This document shows positions 37,163-50,429 of a stretch of DNA of 64,000 bases, one piece after another. Both the position numbers and the translations under genes were made by a program. Positions within the stretch are counted from its first letter, which is position 1. Each line of letters starts with the position of its first letter. The notes under the pieces are model-generated. The model worked only from the letters and a program-made list of their open reading frames with translations, did not search any database and was not told the origin of the DNA. This DNA comes from Camelus dromedarius (lineage: Eukaryota). The DNA lies in contig NC_087436.1 of the NCBI RefSeq assembly GCF_036321535.1, forward strand, positions 83,020,001 through 83,084,000. The letters run 5' to 3'.

Positions 37163-37566
37163 ACCAGTCACAATTATGAGAGTTTGAGGATATTAACTAC
37201 ACTTTTAACACTGGATCTGGGCAACATGAAACTTCCCGTCCCTAAAGAGTTTTTTCTCTGTTCTGGGTTGAAACAGCTCACACAAGCATTTTCCATTACT
37301 TGGATGAAAATGCTCTCAAATATATACTCTGATACCTGGAAGTGCCTGTTTAGGTGACTTGAGTAACTCAGTCATGAAAAGGAATGTCCTGTAACAAAAT
37401 CAATTAATTATCATTCTGATTCATACCTCAGTTTCTTGACTTCAATTATCATGAATCACCAACTAGAAGCCCAACAGCACAAGTACACTGAAAAGACCAA
37501 GTGATCAGGCCCACAAAAGCGAGGCCAGCCTCTTAACACTGTTGATCTTGCCTCATGACTGTTTAC

Positions 37567-40500
37567 TGTGGGGGCCCAGGGTAAGCTACCCCAAAATATG
37601 CCTCAATGGCAAAGTGATTATTTTGAATTAAAGTTATCTGGAAGACAGCTTGTAGGAAAAAAATGATATTGACTTCTTATTACAGAAGACTAAAGATGAC
37701 CGTGCTACACTGAAAAATTTCCCTTTGAGAAAATGTATGTTTCTAAAAATTATGAAATTTGCTAATCTAAAGAATGTTAATGTAACAGACAGTTCATAAT
37801 GGATTACTTCTTAGTTTTCACTAGAAATCAAGGTTTCTAAGGGCTAAAAATTCTAATTAACATATGCAATTAAAGCTACTAAAATAACAGGGAAAACATC
37901 TCTGTATACATGGAAAAATTAGATACGTGTTTTGGGGTGAAAGGCTTGAGGTATGGAAATACATTTTGAAAGAAATTAAAGTGATTTTATTCTAAAACAA
38001 AGCTGATTATTTCTAAATGGGAAAGAAAACAGGGGCAAACTAAAATGGACATAGGTTTATAAAAAAAGGAATCTTTGGAATTTTTTGCATGGTTAGGACT
38101 AAGACTGGAATGAATTTAATTAAGTAAATAAATTTTAATACCAAAAGTCAGCTGGTACAAAATTAAAATTTGGGTTTTTTCTGTTAAAAAGGACAACTTT
38201 TTTTTAAATCATTGGTCTGATTTTAATGAGAAATTATAAACAAAGATTTTCTCTACCTTTAATGTAGTCTGTCTAGAAAAACAAAGATCCTATATTTTGT
38301 CTTAATCATCTCTCTGATTACTTAGCAAAAAAAGAAAAGGGAAAGAAAACAAAACAAAAACCTGAGTCTTTTCAGTATTAAAAGAGCTAAGTCCTTTTAT
38401 AATTTTTTAACTTTCTGTATTTGCCTGCAAAATCTTTGTCATGGATAACTAAGTATTATTTCACAGTGATCTATGATCCTACTTGACCAAGTGTTTTAAA
38501 ACCCTTTTGATATTTTTGACAAACTTACCAAATATCATAATTCTAAATGAAGTCTCTTCTCATAAAAGAGAGATTTAAACTAATTAGGTTTATTTGGTAT
38601 GTTAAATTATATGGGAAGCACTGTCAAATGATGATATAACCTTCCTAGGTTATATTGTATGGGTAAAAGTTATTAATATAAATGCTCTAAAAATTAAATG
38701 GAATTCCTAAAGTTTGGACATATCCCAATGTCATGTTATCAGTCATAATTCTAGTTATCATCTTAAAATGTGTGTCACAAAGATAACCAAATTTCCTTGT
38801 CAATTCCACCATACTGAATGAGGTCTTTAATAATGAACATTTTTATCATTTACCAACAGTTATTGTTTTACTCAGATGCTTTTACAAAAGCTTCCTGCAA
38901 ATGTGTTTCATCTTCAGAGAAATTCATAGAAAGGAAGCTAACAAGTACTCTAGAATACAAGTTTCTGGGGACTTTCAAGTCATACCACTGAATTAGATAA
39001 GAATTTACAGAATGGAGAAACTGATAACTTCATAAAATTTCTAACAAAAGATCAAGCAAAATAAGAATTACATAAGACTAAATGAAATGAGGAAGATGGT
39101 TATAATTTTTTATGACTTTAAGATTAGAACCAACAATGGATTTTTTAATGTTTAGTGTCTCCAAATTTCAGGAAAAGTTTTTCTCTTTTCTCTCAAGCTA
39201 ATTCTGATTAAGAACAATTTGGTAAATTATACCTTTATAAGGAGAATTGAAACATTTATCTTTTCCTCCCTGCCTCATCCCTCCAGAATTCAGAAACTCT
39301 CAGTGAATATTCTTCTTTTCTTGGCAATATAGTTATTTGCATATGTTCAATAAGAATTTGTTCTCCTTATAAGAGGACACAATTGGAAGCACTGATTGTA
39401 TTACTAAAGTTTTGACTAGAGTAACATATTTGAGAGAGAGCATACATAGATATGACCAGACAGCTTTGACTTTATGGACCAATAAAGCCCCTTGGAAAAC
39501 CAGCCTGGTACCTTGCTTACCCAGTTCCCAGTGCCTTACCAAGTGAGTAAGGAAGGTCACTTCCTAGCAAGCCCAGCAACCTCAGAATATTTTAGGGACC
39601 TCAAGAAGAGAGGAATTCACTCAAATCTATAGGTATCGCAGGCCAATTTTGATGACAAATGTTTGACTTGGCTCCTCAGCCTCAAGAGGCTATTAAAAGT
39701 TCAATCTGGAAATTCATTATAAAAAGTTCCAGCGAAGTAGATTTAAAAGAGCCTGTGCGGCCAAGAGCTATTCTTGCTGTACTTATGTAAATAACCAGGC
39801 CAAGTTGATTGAATCTAGACTCATTCTGCCAACAAATTAGTCTTAATTTGGCTACCTTTGGTAAAAATGAGGGTGATTTTAGACAAAAATCTGTTTCAGT
39901 AGAAACTATAATACACACTTGTGGATATTAGATTCTAGGGCTATTAATTTTCTTTGAGGTTTTGTATTTTCTGAAAACTGGACTGGATGCTGAATTTTTC
40001 TAGTTTCCTCCAATATCTGACTACAACCCTCCAAGCTAACATTTCTAATTTTCTCCCACTCATTTATCTTGGAATCATTGAGAACTAAAACTGCCCTTTT
40101 TCCTGAAGTCCTACATATTGAAGCTGGATGTCTTAATATAAACTTTGGAAAAACACCACATAGCTCATGTTTAGACAATCTTCCTCATGCCTCTTGCTAT
40201 ATGGGCCACTCAGAATGTTTACCTGAACATCTGATGACAACATCAAAGACGTTCAAACCACAAAAGATGCTCCAGCTGTGAAATTTAGAAATTTCAGCTG
40301 ACCAGCCTCAGAACTCAAAAACTGATCTATAATTTGCCCTAATTATTAACTATTGCTTTTCTGTTGTCTCCATAGAAATGCCTCTTATTAAATACCTGTC
40401 TGCACCAGAGGCCTAACTTTGAGAGCCCAACTGCATCACCACCTCCTGAAATGAGTCTACCTGAATTGATGTATCATCAAGATTAAGAGACTTGTTCATT

Positions 40501-41057
40501 GAAATGGAACAGCTCAATTTTTAATATGCGAAATTTCAAGGGAAGTTTCAGGGGAGGGAACTTTTGGGACCCAGGACAGGCCACTCCAAAATATGCTTCA
40601 ATGGAATTTCGGTTATTTTAAATTAAAGTTACTTGAGAAAAAGCTGGTGAAAAAAAATTTTTTTTAATCGCTCTGAGTCTCTCTTTCCCTATGAGAGTGG
40701 GAAATAAATCCCCCATGTGCAGGTACCCTCCCTACACCAGGAGGGTAGAAAGCATCCTTAACAACAAAGTTAGGGAATTCAAGGCTAAGAAAACTGTATA
40801 AATAGAACTTTACCTTCTTTAGTCTGCTACCCCAAACACAGCTCCTTTGTTTTGTTAAATCTTCACAAATAACTGTTTCTTTGTTTAAAAATGATATATA
40901 AACAGCCTGCTTTGGTTGCTTCAGGGGTCCCATTGCTATGAGACCTCTGTGCATGCAAATTAAATTTTTTCCTGTTAACCTTTCTTGTATCAATTCAATT
41001 ATTAGACCAATCAAAAGAACTCAAGAGGGATAAGGGGAAACTTTCCCTTCCCCAACC
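37567..41057 (+). mobile_element. Non-coding ERV1 provirus remnant (MER34-like): truncated 5' LTR, internal region, PPT, 3' LTR ~40562-41057
   Basis: LTR start repeated ('ccccaaaatatgcctcaatggc...attattttgaattaaagtta' and 'ctccaaaatatgcttcaatgg...ttattttaaattaaagtta'); polypurine tract 'aggggagggaa' precedes the 3' LTR; no ORF. Confidence 0.8.
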
Positions 41058-42457
41058 CTACCAAGTATCAATTATTGCTGCTTGAGCATCAATTAGTCAT
41101 TTCACAACCAATTCAGCCATAGAAACAAACAAAAAAATGTGTTTGCCATCACTGTTACAGGACAGAAATTGGCATTTAAAACCACTCAGGCAGACTCCCT
41201 AATTTCAGTCAGACACGTAAGGACCTTGGAAGCCGCCACTCTTTCCTAGCAACAAATAAAACAGCTGAATACATTGAAAATCAATAGCTTTTCTTAGATC
41301 TGTCAGAGAATTAATGACATGTGGTAAACTACTTCTCCTAAAATTGGACAGATACAGAAATCACAACTTGATGGAGAAGAAACCCACAAACAAAAACCTC
41401 TGTGGGAGCCAGGGCCAGGGTAGGAGAATCTGAACAGGAACTGACGAATTGCCAGAGGCTCAGAGCAGACAAGTTTGTGAATTAATTCCAAAGGGGCTCC
41501 TCTCTTTTGTGAGTTTTACCTCCTGGAATTCTGCCATGTTCTCACAGGACAGATCAGACAAAAATCCCCTTGGGCTTCCTGCAGGAAAAGTAACCATTTT
41601 GAAACACATCAGAACATTTTGTTCTTAAGAAAGCCCTCAAGAGAAACTCTTTCACCAGAGCCTAAATGACAGAAAAAGGAACTACCCAACTCCAGCCCGC
41701 TCCAGGAATCCTGTCTTATCTAAGTAAGGTTTAGGGCACAGGATTGGGGGTGGAGAGAAACTGAGACGCACTTGCAAAGTTCACAGCCCAGAGCACAGGC
41801 TCACTTTTAAGGAATGAGATGTAATCATAAGACTATATAGAATGCTTCCCCTCTCCTCACACCTTACCGCTTCTTCACTAATGGCCTATTTATCAGAGTT
41901 CTTTTTACCTAGGACATAATGTCTGGCTTTCAGCAAAAAATTACGAGGCATTCAAATAGACAAAAATAAAAAAAAACAGTTTGAAGAGACAGAGCAAGAA
42001 TCAGAACCAGCCTCAGATATGGCAGGGATGTTGGAATTATCAGATCATGAATTAAAACAACTATGATTAATATGCTGAGGGCTGTAATGGAAAGGGTAGA
42101 CAATATTCAAGAACAGATGGGCAATGTAAGCAGAGATGGAAATTCTAAGAATCAATAAGACATGCTAGAGAACAAAAACACTAGAATAGAAATAAAGAAA
42201 GTCTTTCATAGGCTTATTAGTAGATTGAACACAACTGAGGAAGAATCTCTGAGCCTGAGGATACGTCAATAGAAACTGAAAGTAAAGAGAAAAGACTGGG
42301 AAAAAAGGGAACAGAATATCAAAGAACTGTGGTACAACTACAAAAGGTGTAACATACACATAATGGGAGGATCAAAAGAGGGAAAGAAACAAAAGCAATA
42401 TTTGAAGCAATAATGACTGAGAACTTCCTCCATATTAAGATAAGACAGCATACTACA

Positions 42458-42834
42458 TTCCTTAGTAAGCTTGGGCTGCTGTAACACACTATTATAGACT
42501 GGATGACTTAAACAATAATTATTTATTTTTCAGAGTTCTGAAGGCAGAGGCTGAGAAGTACAAGATCAAGGTGCCAGCACATTCAGTTCCAGGGAGGACC
42601 TGTGTCTTGGTTTGTAGATGGACATCTTCTTGCTGTATCTTCCCGTGGCAGACAGCAAAGAGAAAGAGAGTAAGTTCTCATGGCTCTTTTTATAAGAACA
42701 CTAATCCCACTCATGAAGGTTGCACCCTCATGAGTTAATTACTTCTCAAAGACCCTACCTCTTAATACCATCACACATGGGTTAGGACTTCAACATCTGA
42801 ATTTGGGGGGGACACAAACATTTGGTCCATAACA
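42458..42834 (-). mobile_element. MLT1A-like MaLR LTR inserted in L1 ORF1
   Basis: 'gggctgctgtaaca...caagatcaaggtgccagca...ttataagaacactaatccca...gggggacacaaacatttggtccataaca'. Confidence 0.9.
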
Positions 42835-44511
42835 TCACAAAACACAGGAAGCTCAGAGAACACCAAGCAGGATAAATGCCAAATAAACTACACCTAGGCA
42901 TATCACATTCAAACTGCAGAAAATCAAAGGTAAAGAACAATTCTTGAAAGAAGTCATAGGAAAAAAAGTATCTTACCTATAGAGGAGCAAAAAGTTACAT
43001 CCCACTGCTCCTCAGAAACTATGCAAGCAAGAAGAAAGTGGAAATATTTAAAATGTTGAGAGGAAAAAACCCACCAACCTATAATTCTGTACCCTCCAAA
43101 GAATTATCCTTCAAAAGTGAAGAAGAAATAAAGACTTTCTCAGATGCACACTAAGGGAATTTGTTGCCAGTATATCAGCCTTGCAAGAAATGTTCAAAGA
43201 AGTTCTTTAGAGAGAAGGAAATTGATATAGGTCAGAAACTTGGATGAATATAAATTAAAAAAAAGAACATTAAAGAAGGAATAAATAAAAGTAAATAAAA
43301 CTTTCATCTTTCTTACTCTTAATTAATCTAACAAAGAACAATTTGTTCAAAATAATAATAACAATAATGTATTCAATTTGGTAATGTGGATATATATGCT
43401 TATGCATATTTATATGTAAGTGACTGAATGACAACAATGATACAAAGGAAGTTGGGGGGTGGAAATCAGGAATATTTTGTTATTATGAGGTACTTACACA
43501 ACCCAAGAAATGATATGGTGTTATTTGAAAGTGAACTTGGGTTACCTGTATATTCAATGTATACTGCAAAGGTATGTTACAAATTTGAGGAAAATCACTA
43601 AAAAAAGTTTTCAAAAAGTTAAAAAATTGATATGCTAAGAAATGAGAGAAAATTGAATCATGTAAATGCTCATTTAAGACCACAAATGGCAGAAGAAGAA
43701 TGGGAGACAAAAACAGGAACAAAGAATAAGGGTAATGAATAGAAAACAATAACAAACATGGTAGATATTAATCAAAATATATTAATAATCACTTTAAACA
43801 TCAATGATATAAATACAACTAAAAGAAATAATCAAAGTGGATCAAAAAACAAGATTCAACTACCTGTTATCGTAAGAACCCTCTTTAACTATAAAGACAC
43901 ATATATATTAAAAATAAAGAAAGAAAGATATACCATTCTAACATTAGTCAAAAGAAAATAGGAGTACCTATGTTAATTTCAGACAGAGTTGACTTCAAAG
44001 CAAGGAAAATTATCACGGATAAAAAGGTGCATCCCATAATGATAAAGGAGTCAATTCTCCAAGAAGATAAAACAATTTTTAACATGTATATACCCAACAA
44101 CAGAGCATCAAAACATGTGAGGCAAAGCTGATAGAACTGCAAGGAGAAATAGATAAATCCACAGTAATAGTTCAAGACTTTAACACCCTTCTGTCAGAAA
44201 TAAACATATCCAGCAGGTAAAAATTAAGTAAAATCATAGCTAAGCTCAACAGCACCATCAATCAACTGGATATAATTGGCATCTATAGACTACTTCCTCC
44301 AGTAACAGCAGATCATACATTCTTCTCAAGCTCACATGGAACATTCACCAAGACAGATCACATTCTAAGTCATAAAACATACTTTAAAAAATTTAAAAGA
44401 ATATAAATCACACAATGTCTCTGCTCAGACCACAATGGATTTAAAAGAAAATCAATAACTGGAAAGACAGCTGGAAAAATCCCCAAATATTTAAAATTTA
44501 AACAACACTCT

Positions 44512-44843
44512 TTTATTTTATCTTATTTATTTTAATTAAAATATAGCTGACATACAATATTATGTTAGTTTCAGGTGTACTACTTAGTGATTTGATATTT
44601 GCATACATTATGAAATGATCACCATGATTTAAGTCTAGTAACCATCTGTCCCCACACAGTTATTACAATATTATCGACCATATTTCTTATGTTGTATATT
44701 ATATCCCTATGGTTTGTTTATTTTATAATTGGAAGTATGTACCTCTTAATCCACTTCACATATTTCTTACCCCTCAGTACCCTCTCTTCTGACAACCATC
44801 CATCTGTTCTCTGTATCTATGAGTCTGTTTTTCTTCTGTTTTC
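44512..44843 (-). mobile_element. Younger L1 3' UTR tip inserted in the old L1
   Basis: Same 3' UTR type as 29990-30290; TSD-like tttaaacaacactc / tttaacaatacac. Confidence 0.8.
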
Positions 44844-45264
44844 TTTTAACAATACACTTAACATATGGGTAAGGGAGAAATCTAAAGAGAAATTAAACAG
44901 ATGAACTAAATGAAAAAGAAAATACAACTTATCAAAATTTGTGTGATGCAGCAAAAGCAGTGCTTAGAGGAGAATTTATAGCAGTAAATGAATATATTAG
45001 CAAGGAATTAAGATCTAAAATCAATCATCTGCCCTTCAACCTTAGGAAACTAGAAAAAGGAAATAAAATTAAATACAAAGTAAGCAGAGGAAAAGAAATA
45101 ATAACATTCGAGGAGAAATAATAAAATTGAAAACAAGAAATCAATAGAGAAAGACAATGAAGGACCAAGCCACATACTGGAAGAAAATATCTACAAAAGA
45201 CATATCGGATACATGACTGTTATCCAAAATATCCAAAGAACTCTTAAAACTCAACACTAAGAGG

Positions 45265-45873
45265 ACAAATAGCCCAATTAAAAATTGGGCCAAAGACCTG
45301 AACAGATACCTTACCAAAGAAGATATACAGATGACAGATAAGCATATGAAAAGATACTCCACATTACATGTCATTATGGAATTGCACATTTAAACAACAA
45401 TGAGATACCACTACACACCTATTAGAAAGCCCAAACTCTAAAACACTGACAATATCAAATGTTGTCCAGGAAAGTTCATTTTTTGCTGGTGGGAATTCAA
45501 GTTGTTTCAGCCGCTTTGGAAGACAGTTTCACAATTTCTTACAAAACTAAACATACGCGTCCCATGAGATCTAGTGATCATGTTCCTCTGTATTTACCCA
45601 GTGAGTTGAAAACTTAAGTCCTCACCGAAACCTGAACACAGATGTTTATAGCAGATGAATATAACTATATATTCATAGTTGCCAAAGCTTGGAAGCAACC
45701 AAGGTGTCTTTCAGTAAGTGAATGGATAAATAAACAATTCCCCCATTCTAGACAATGGAATATTATTCAGTGCTAAAAAGAAATGAGCTATCAAGCCATG
45801 AAAAGACTTGGAGGAACCTTAAATGCATCTTCCTAAGTGCAAGAAGCCAGTCTGGAAAGACTGCATATTGTAT
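45265..45873 (+). repeat. Inverted repeat, left identical core (609 bp)
   Basis: Reverse complement of 50839-51447 with no mismatch found by eye; first mismatches at 45264 and 45874. Confidence 0.93.
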
Positions 45874-46399
45874 GATTCCAACTACATGACATGCAGACAG
45901 TAAGAAGTCAATGGCTGCCAGGTGGAATGGGAAAGGGAGGTATGTGGAGCCAAGGAGATGTTTACAGCAGGGAAAGTCTTCTCTACAATACTGCAGTGCT
46001 GGATACATTTGTCAAAATCCAGAGATCCATAGAATGTATAACACCAAAAATAAACCCTAATGTAAACTGTGGACTTGGGGTGATAATGACGTGCCAATGT
46101 AAGTTCATCGATTATAAGAAATGTTCTACTCTGGAGCACTATGTTGATAGCAGGGGAGGCTGTGCTTATAGAGGAGAGAGGGTATGTGGGAACGCTGTGC
46201 TCTGTTCAATTTTCTGTGAATCTAAAACTGCTCCAAAAAATATAGTCTATTTAAAAGAAAAAAGAAAACATATGAGCATTTAATGGAGATACGTGTACAT
46301 GTAAACAATAACACCTAAACCTGTGTGACAGAAATTATTCACCTAGAATGTCAGGCTTTTTAAAAATCTCAGTTCTACTACATAGAACAAACTACATAG

Positions 46400-46558
46400 T
46401 TTGTCACCTTGGCCAAGTTCCTGTTTCCTCATCTGTCACAAAAGGGATCCCTATCTCCTAGATGCTGGGAGACAAGATGAATTAAACCACGTGAAGTGTT
46501 TAGAAAAGTGTCTGGCAGTTATTAAGTACACACTATATGTTAGCTATTATTAATATTA
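46400..46558 (+). mobile_element. MIR
   Basis: 'gtcaccttggccaagttcctgtttcctcatctgt...aagtgtttagaaaagtgtctggca...gttagctattatt'. Confidence 0.8.
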
Positions 46559-47769
46559 CAAGAGAAAAATGAACACATTTTGTAAAATGTATCATGCCAG
46601 GAGATGGCATGGCTGTCCGTACTGTTCAGTTCATTTTAGGTTATGGATTAGTTGGCCCCATTTGGCAGAGCAAGAGAGCTCCATTTTACTTTATTTGTTC
46701 TGTTGCCTACAAATAAAGGGTGTAGTTGAAAGTGTTTTGAAGGAATAAAGGATTTTGGTTGCTTCTGGTGAAAGGAGATTGGTTATTCTCTCCATCAGAG
46801 AATGATTTATTGCATTGTTTTGGAGGCACTGGCTGTGGGGATTAGGATGCTAAGAGGAGTATTTGATTTCATAATTTTAGGAGTAGTGAGTTCTGCGTGG
46901 AAACAGACTTTAAATCCAGGTCTTAAGCTGCTACAATATTTGTCAGTTAAGTACAAAATATGTTTGCGATCCCATAGAACAGGAAGGCCAGGCTGGCCTG
47001 AACAATGCTACCTAGTTTCTTAAGAGTACTGCCAATTCTTTCTTTTGGCTTTGCTTTCTTAAAGCTGCTTCCTCTTTGGCCAAAAGCTCTTCATCCTTTC
47101 CTGAAGCACGTCTACCAGTAGGGACACTGGTAGGAAATAGCCAAAAAAATCCCTTTAGTTTTATTTTCTTCTATTTCCACTGGCAGAAAACTTGACAGCC
47201 TGTCTTCTTTACTGAAACACAATCACCAAAGCTATTTGTGTCTTGGGCTCTTCTCTACAGAATGTTTGCAAAGTCTTCCAAAGACCCCAGCAGATTGCAA
47301 TATACCAGCTCATCACTGTGCACATTATCCTGCTACATATGGGGTGCTTGACTCTCTCTTGGTTTATTTGGTAAAACTAAGATTCTAACCTTAAAATACA
47401 TAAGCATTAAATCCCTTGGGTATGTGTTTCAATTACATTTTGAGTTGCAAAAATTCTTTTCTCTTGGAAAAGTAGGGGTCTAAATTTTCGTTTAACACTA
47501 CCTAATTTACACACCGATTCTCACTTGATGTAAAGAAGAAAATGAAAACATAAATAACTTCGTGCTAAAAAAGTACTCTCCTCCTTCACTTTCACAAAGG
47601 TGCTCTTAGCTTTCCTTTGGTTGTGGTGACCAGTCCAACCACATATTCTTTTAAAATGTTTAAGAGATGCATGTCTTTCTATAACCTCTGACCTTATGTT
47701 AATTTCAGCCCCTTACTGCTTTATGTCTGGGCTGTCTTCTAACTACTGTATTCTCTACCAACAACGCTC

Positions 47770-48420
47770 ACTTCTTTAATCCAATCTAAACCATCCTACA
47801 CCTTGTTGTGGGATAATCTTTATTCTAGAACCACCAAACTCTTTGATCGTATTACTGCCTATTGAAAAATCATTCTTTCCCCTCTCAAGAGAGTCAAGTC
47901 CAAATCCTGAGCCAGAGAAACACGACCATCACAACCTGGGTGCTAAGAGGTCTGTCCCCACTCTTGTTTTGTAAACAGCTAGGCTGCAGTGCTAGAGGGT
48001 CAACGTGCATCTCACAGTCACTTCTCCTATTTTCTCACTTCCATCCCTTTGTGTGCACTCTTGCTTCTCAGGCCTTTCCCTACTCTTCATTTTCAAATCT
48101 AATACAGTTTTCAAGGCCAGGACTTTTTAAGCCCAGCTTCTCCATGAAACCTTCTCCTCTGTAGCCCACAGTGGCCTTCCACTCGGAGCTCTTAACACTT
48201 ACTCTCCCTTCCATTCACTTGGCAGCTTACCACCTACTACCTCTTACATGCCTTCAAAACCACTGCCTCCTATTGTCATTTAACTTTGGGATGTTTACAT
48301 CTTATTCCCTCATCTAAATCATTAGCTCTTCCATTCATTCATTAGTATTTACTGGCTTTACTAAGTGCTGGGTACTATGATAGCTATGGGGAGAAAGCCC
48401 CTGTTTTCTCCTTATACCAC
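47770..48420. mobile_element. L2 fragments
   Basis: 'aagtccaaatcctgagcc', 'cttctccatgaaaccttctc', 'cattcattcattagtatttactgg...gtgctgggtact'. Confidence 0.55.
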
Positions 48421-49158
48421 AGTTCTAAAAGCGGAAATTTTTTAATGCGTGACAGGTAGGTTTCAGGCATAATGCTCTAGCAGAAGCTCCTGCCACATTC
48501 TTCATCATCCAGTGGGGAAATCTGTCAAGGGCATTATAGAATATCAAAAGGATAATTTTTATTAACTTTTCCTGGATCTTTAACACTACAGAGTTAACAG
48601 TTATCACCTGTTTAGTTGGACTCCCTACCTACTGATGCTTTTACAAAAAACGTATTTTAGTATCACCATTAGAAGCAGATTCTATGAGATGGTGTAATGT
48701 GGTTAATTATCAAGTGATATAAACAGGGGTGGATCCTAGGTTACTTCCTTTTATCTGAAATCTTAGTGATGCGGGACTGTAGTTGATTTGAACAAATACC
48801 CTTCTTTCACTGAGACTAGGAGGACAAGCAATCTGTCACGGGCTGATGAGATATACTAAATTTGACCTTTATTGATCCTCTCAAGGGACTTTTCAGGGGG
48901 TGAAAAGCCTATTTAAAAGTTTACTTGGGTTTTAGAAATTAGTATTTGGTGATCAAAGTTATAAATTCAAGACTCTAGTCTTTTTTAAGTCTATAATTCA
49001 GTTTACCAATGCTATTGCCCTATTTATATGTCTAGTAAATTTTATGATTCAATTCTAAGAGATCTTTCAATAGTGTTTGGTTTAATCTATAAACTTAGTG
49101 AATTTAACACTCCCAAACACTTAAAACTGTATGTAGAAGAAAACTTCAATTTCTTTAG

Positions 49159-49710
49159 TGTGTTGGGAACCCCCAGACTATGCCCATCTTCAGAGATTCA
49201 CTGGAAGAATTTACAGTACTCAATGTATAGGTCTAGTCAGAGCTAAGATTTATTATAGCAACATAGCAAGGATACACAGGTAGATCATAAGGGAAAGACA
49301 AAGGGAGAGTCTAGAGGACTCTATCTGCAAGCTGCCTTATGCTCTCTTCTTCTCACAAGGGGTCACACAGAACACGCTCTTCCCCCAGCAATGAAAACTC
49401 CACATGTGTGCAATATTTTGGCCCAGGGAGACCACTAAAGGCTTAGAGCCCAAGGTTTTTACTGGGAGCTGGGTATGTAGGCATGCTCTGCTGAGCATGT
49501 ACCAAAATTCCAGACTCTCAGAAGGTGAGCAGGCATTCAGCATAAACTGTTTGCACAGTCTAGACAAAGTGAACCACCCTTAACAGTTAACTGTTGAGTG
49601 GGAACACTCTGTGACTCAATCTCCCAGATGCCAACTAAGGGCCAATCTTGAGAGCAGGCCTTTCTAAGGACAGAAGCCTCAGGCCTCCTGTGTTCACTCT
49701 TTTCTGCATA
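49159..49710 (-). mobile_element. MER68/MER77/MER21-group ERVL LTR
   Basis: Reverse complement starts 'tatgcagaaaagagtgaacacaggaggcctgaggcttctgtccttagaaaggcctgct', the recalled start of this group. Confidence 0.8.
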
Positions 49711-50429
49711 CTTAAGTACTCCTATTTTCTAATTTAACAAACTAAGCCTCCCCAATTGCTCAAATAACCCATATGAAGGAAATGATTGAAATTATAAATA
49801 CGGTCAACCCTAATTCTTTAAATGTCCTGTTATTTTTCTACAGACTTAGTAAGATTTCAACTTTAAATCAAAAGCCTAAATCACTTATTTAATTGCACAT
49901 CTGAAACTGGACTGAAAAAATTTCTGTGATTAATCCCAATTCTTCCTAGAATGAAAGATGCTTTAACACTAAGGAAACTATGCCACGCCTAGCACTGTTG
50001 GCAGTTATCTTAGCTGGTGACGAGGTAGCATGACCTAGAACTGGAGACTTCTGCAGAGGCTGATTTCTTGCCCTGACCTTGAATTGTGGTTAACTGGGTA
50101 ACTTCAAAATGAGTTATTGTGATATCTCTGCATTTAGGTTATATATTAGCTAATTCATCTGATTGCTGACTGAAGTCTGCAGTTCACCCTAGGTGAACCC
50201 ACTGATAGGATGCTTTTTGTTTTTGTTTTTCTTTAATTGCAGGAGAGGGACCTTAATGTAATTGTCATTTTGGTCTAAATTTAAAGCTTTTGAACTTAAT
50301 GAAATTCTTCATTCTTTCATATCCGTGCCATCTTTTAGGCTCACACTTTTTTAAGAATATTTATTAGAATAATGGATATGCATTTATAGTTTTACTTTTA
50401 TGGTCGCAGCTTTCAATGTAATTTTTCCC

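Larger units (their letters stand above)
41170..46265 (+). mobile_element. Ancient L1MC1/2-like element: 5' region, ORF1, ORF2 endonuclease, large ORF2 deletion at ~45162, 3' UTR
   Basis: ORF1 motifs ('gctcagagaacaccaagcaggataaat'); EN region ('ggaacattcaccaagacagatcac'); L1MC-type 3' end 'aaccctaatgtaaactgtggacttggggtgataatg...ctaaaactgctccaaaaaatatagtctatt'. Confidence 0.85.
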
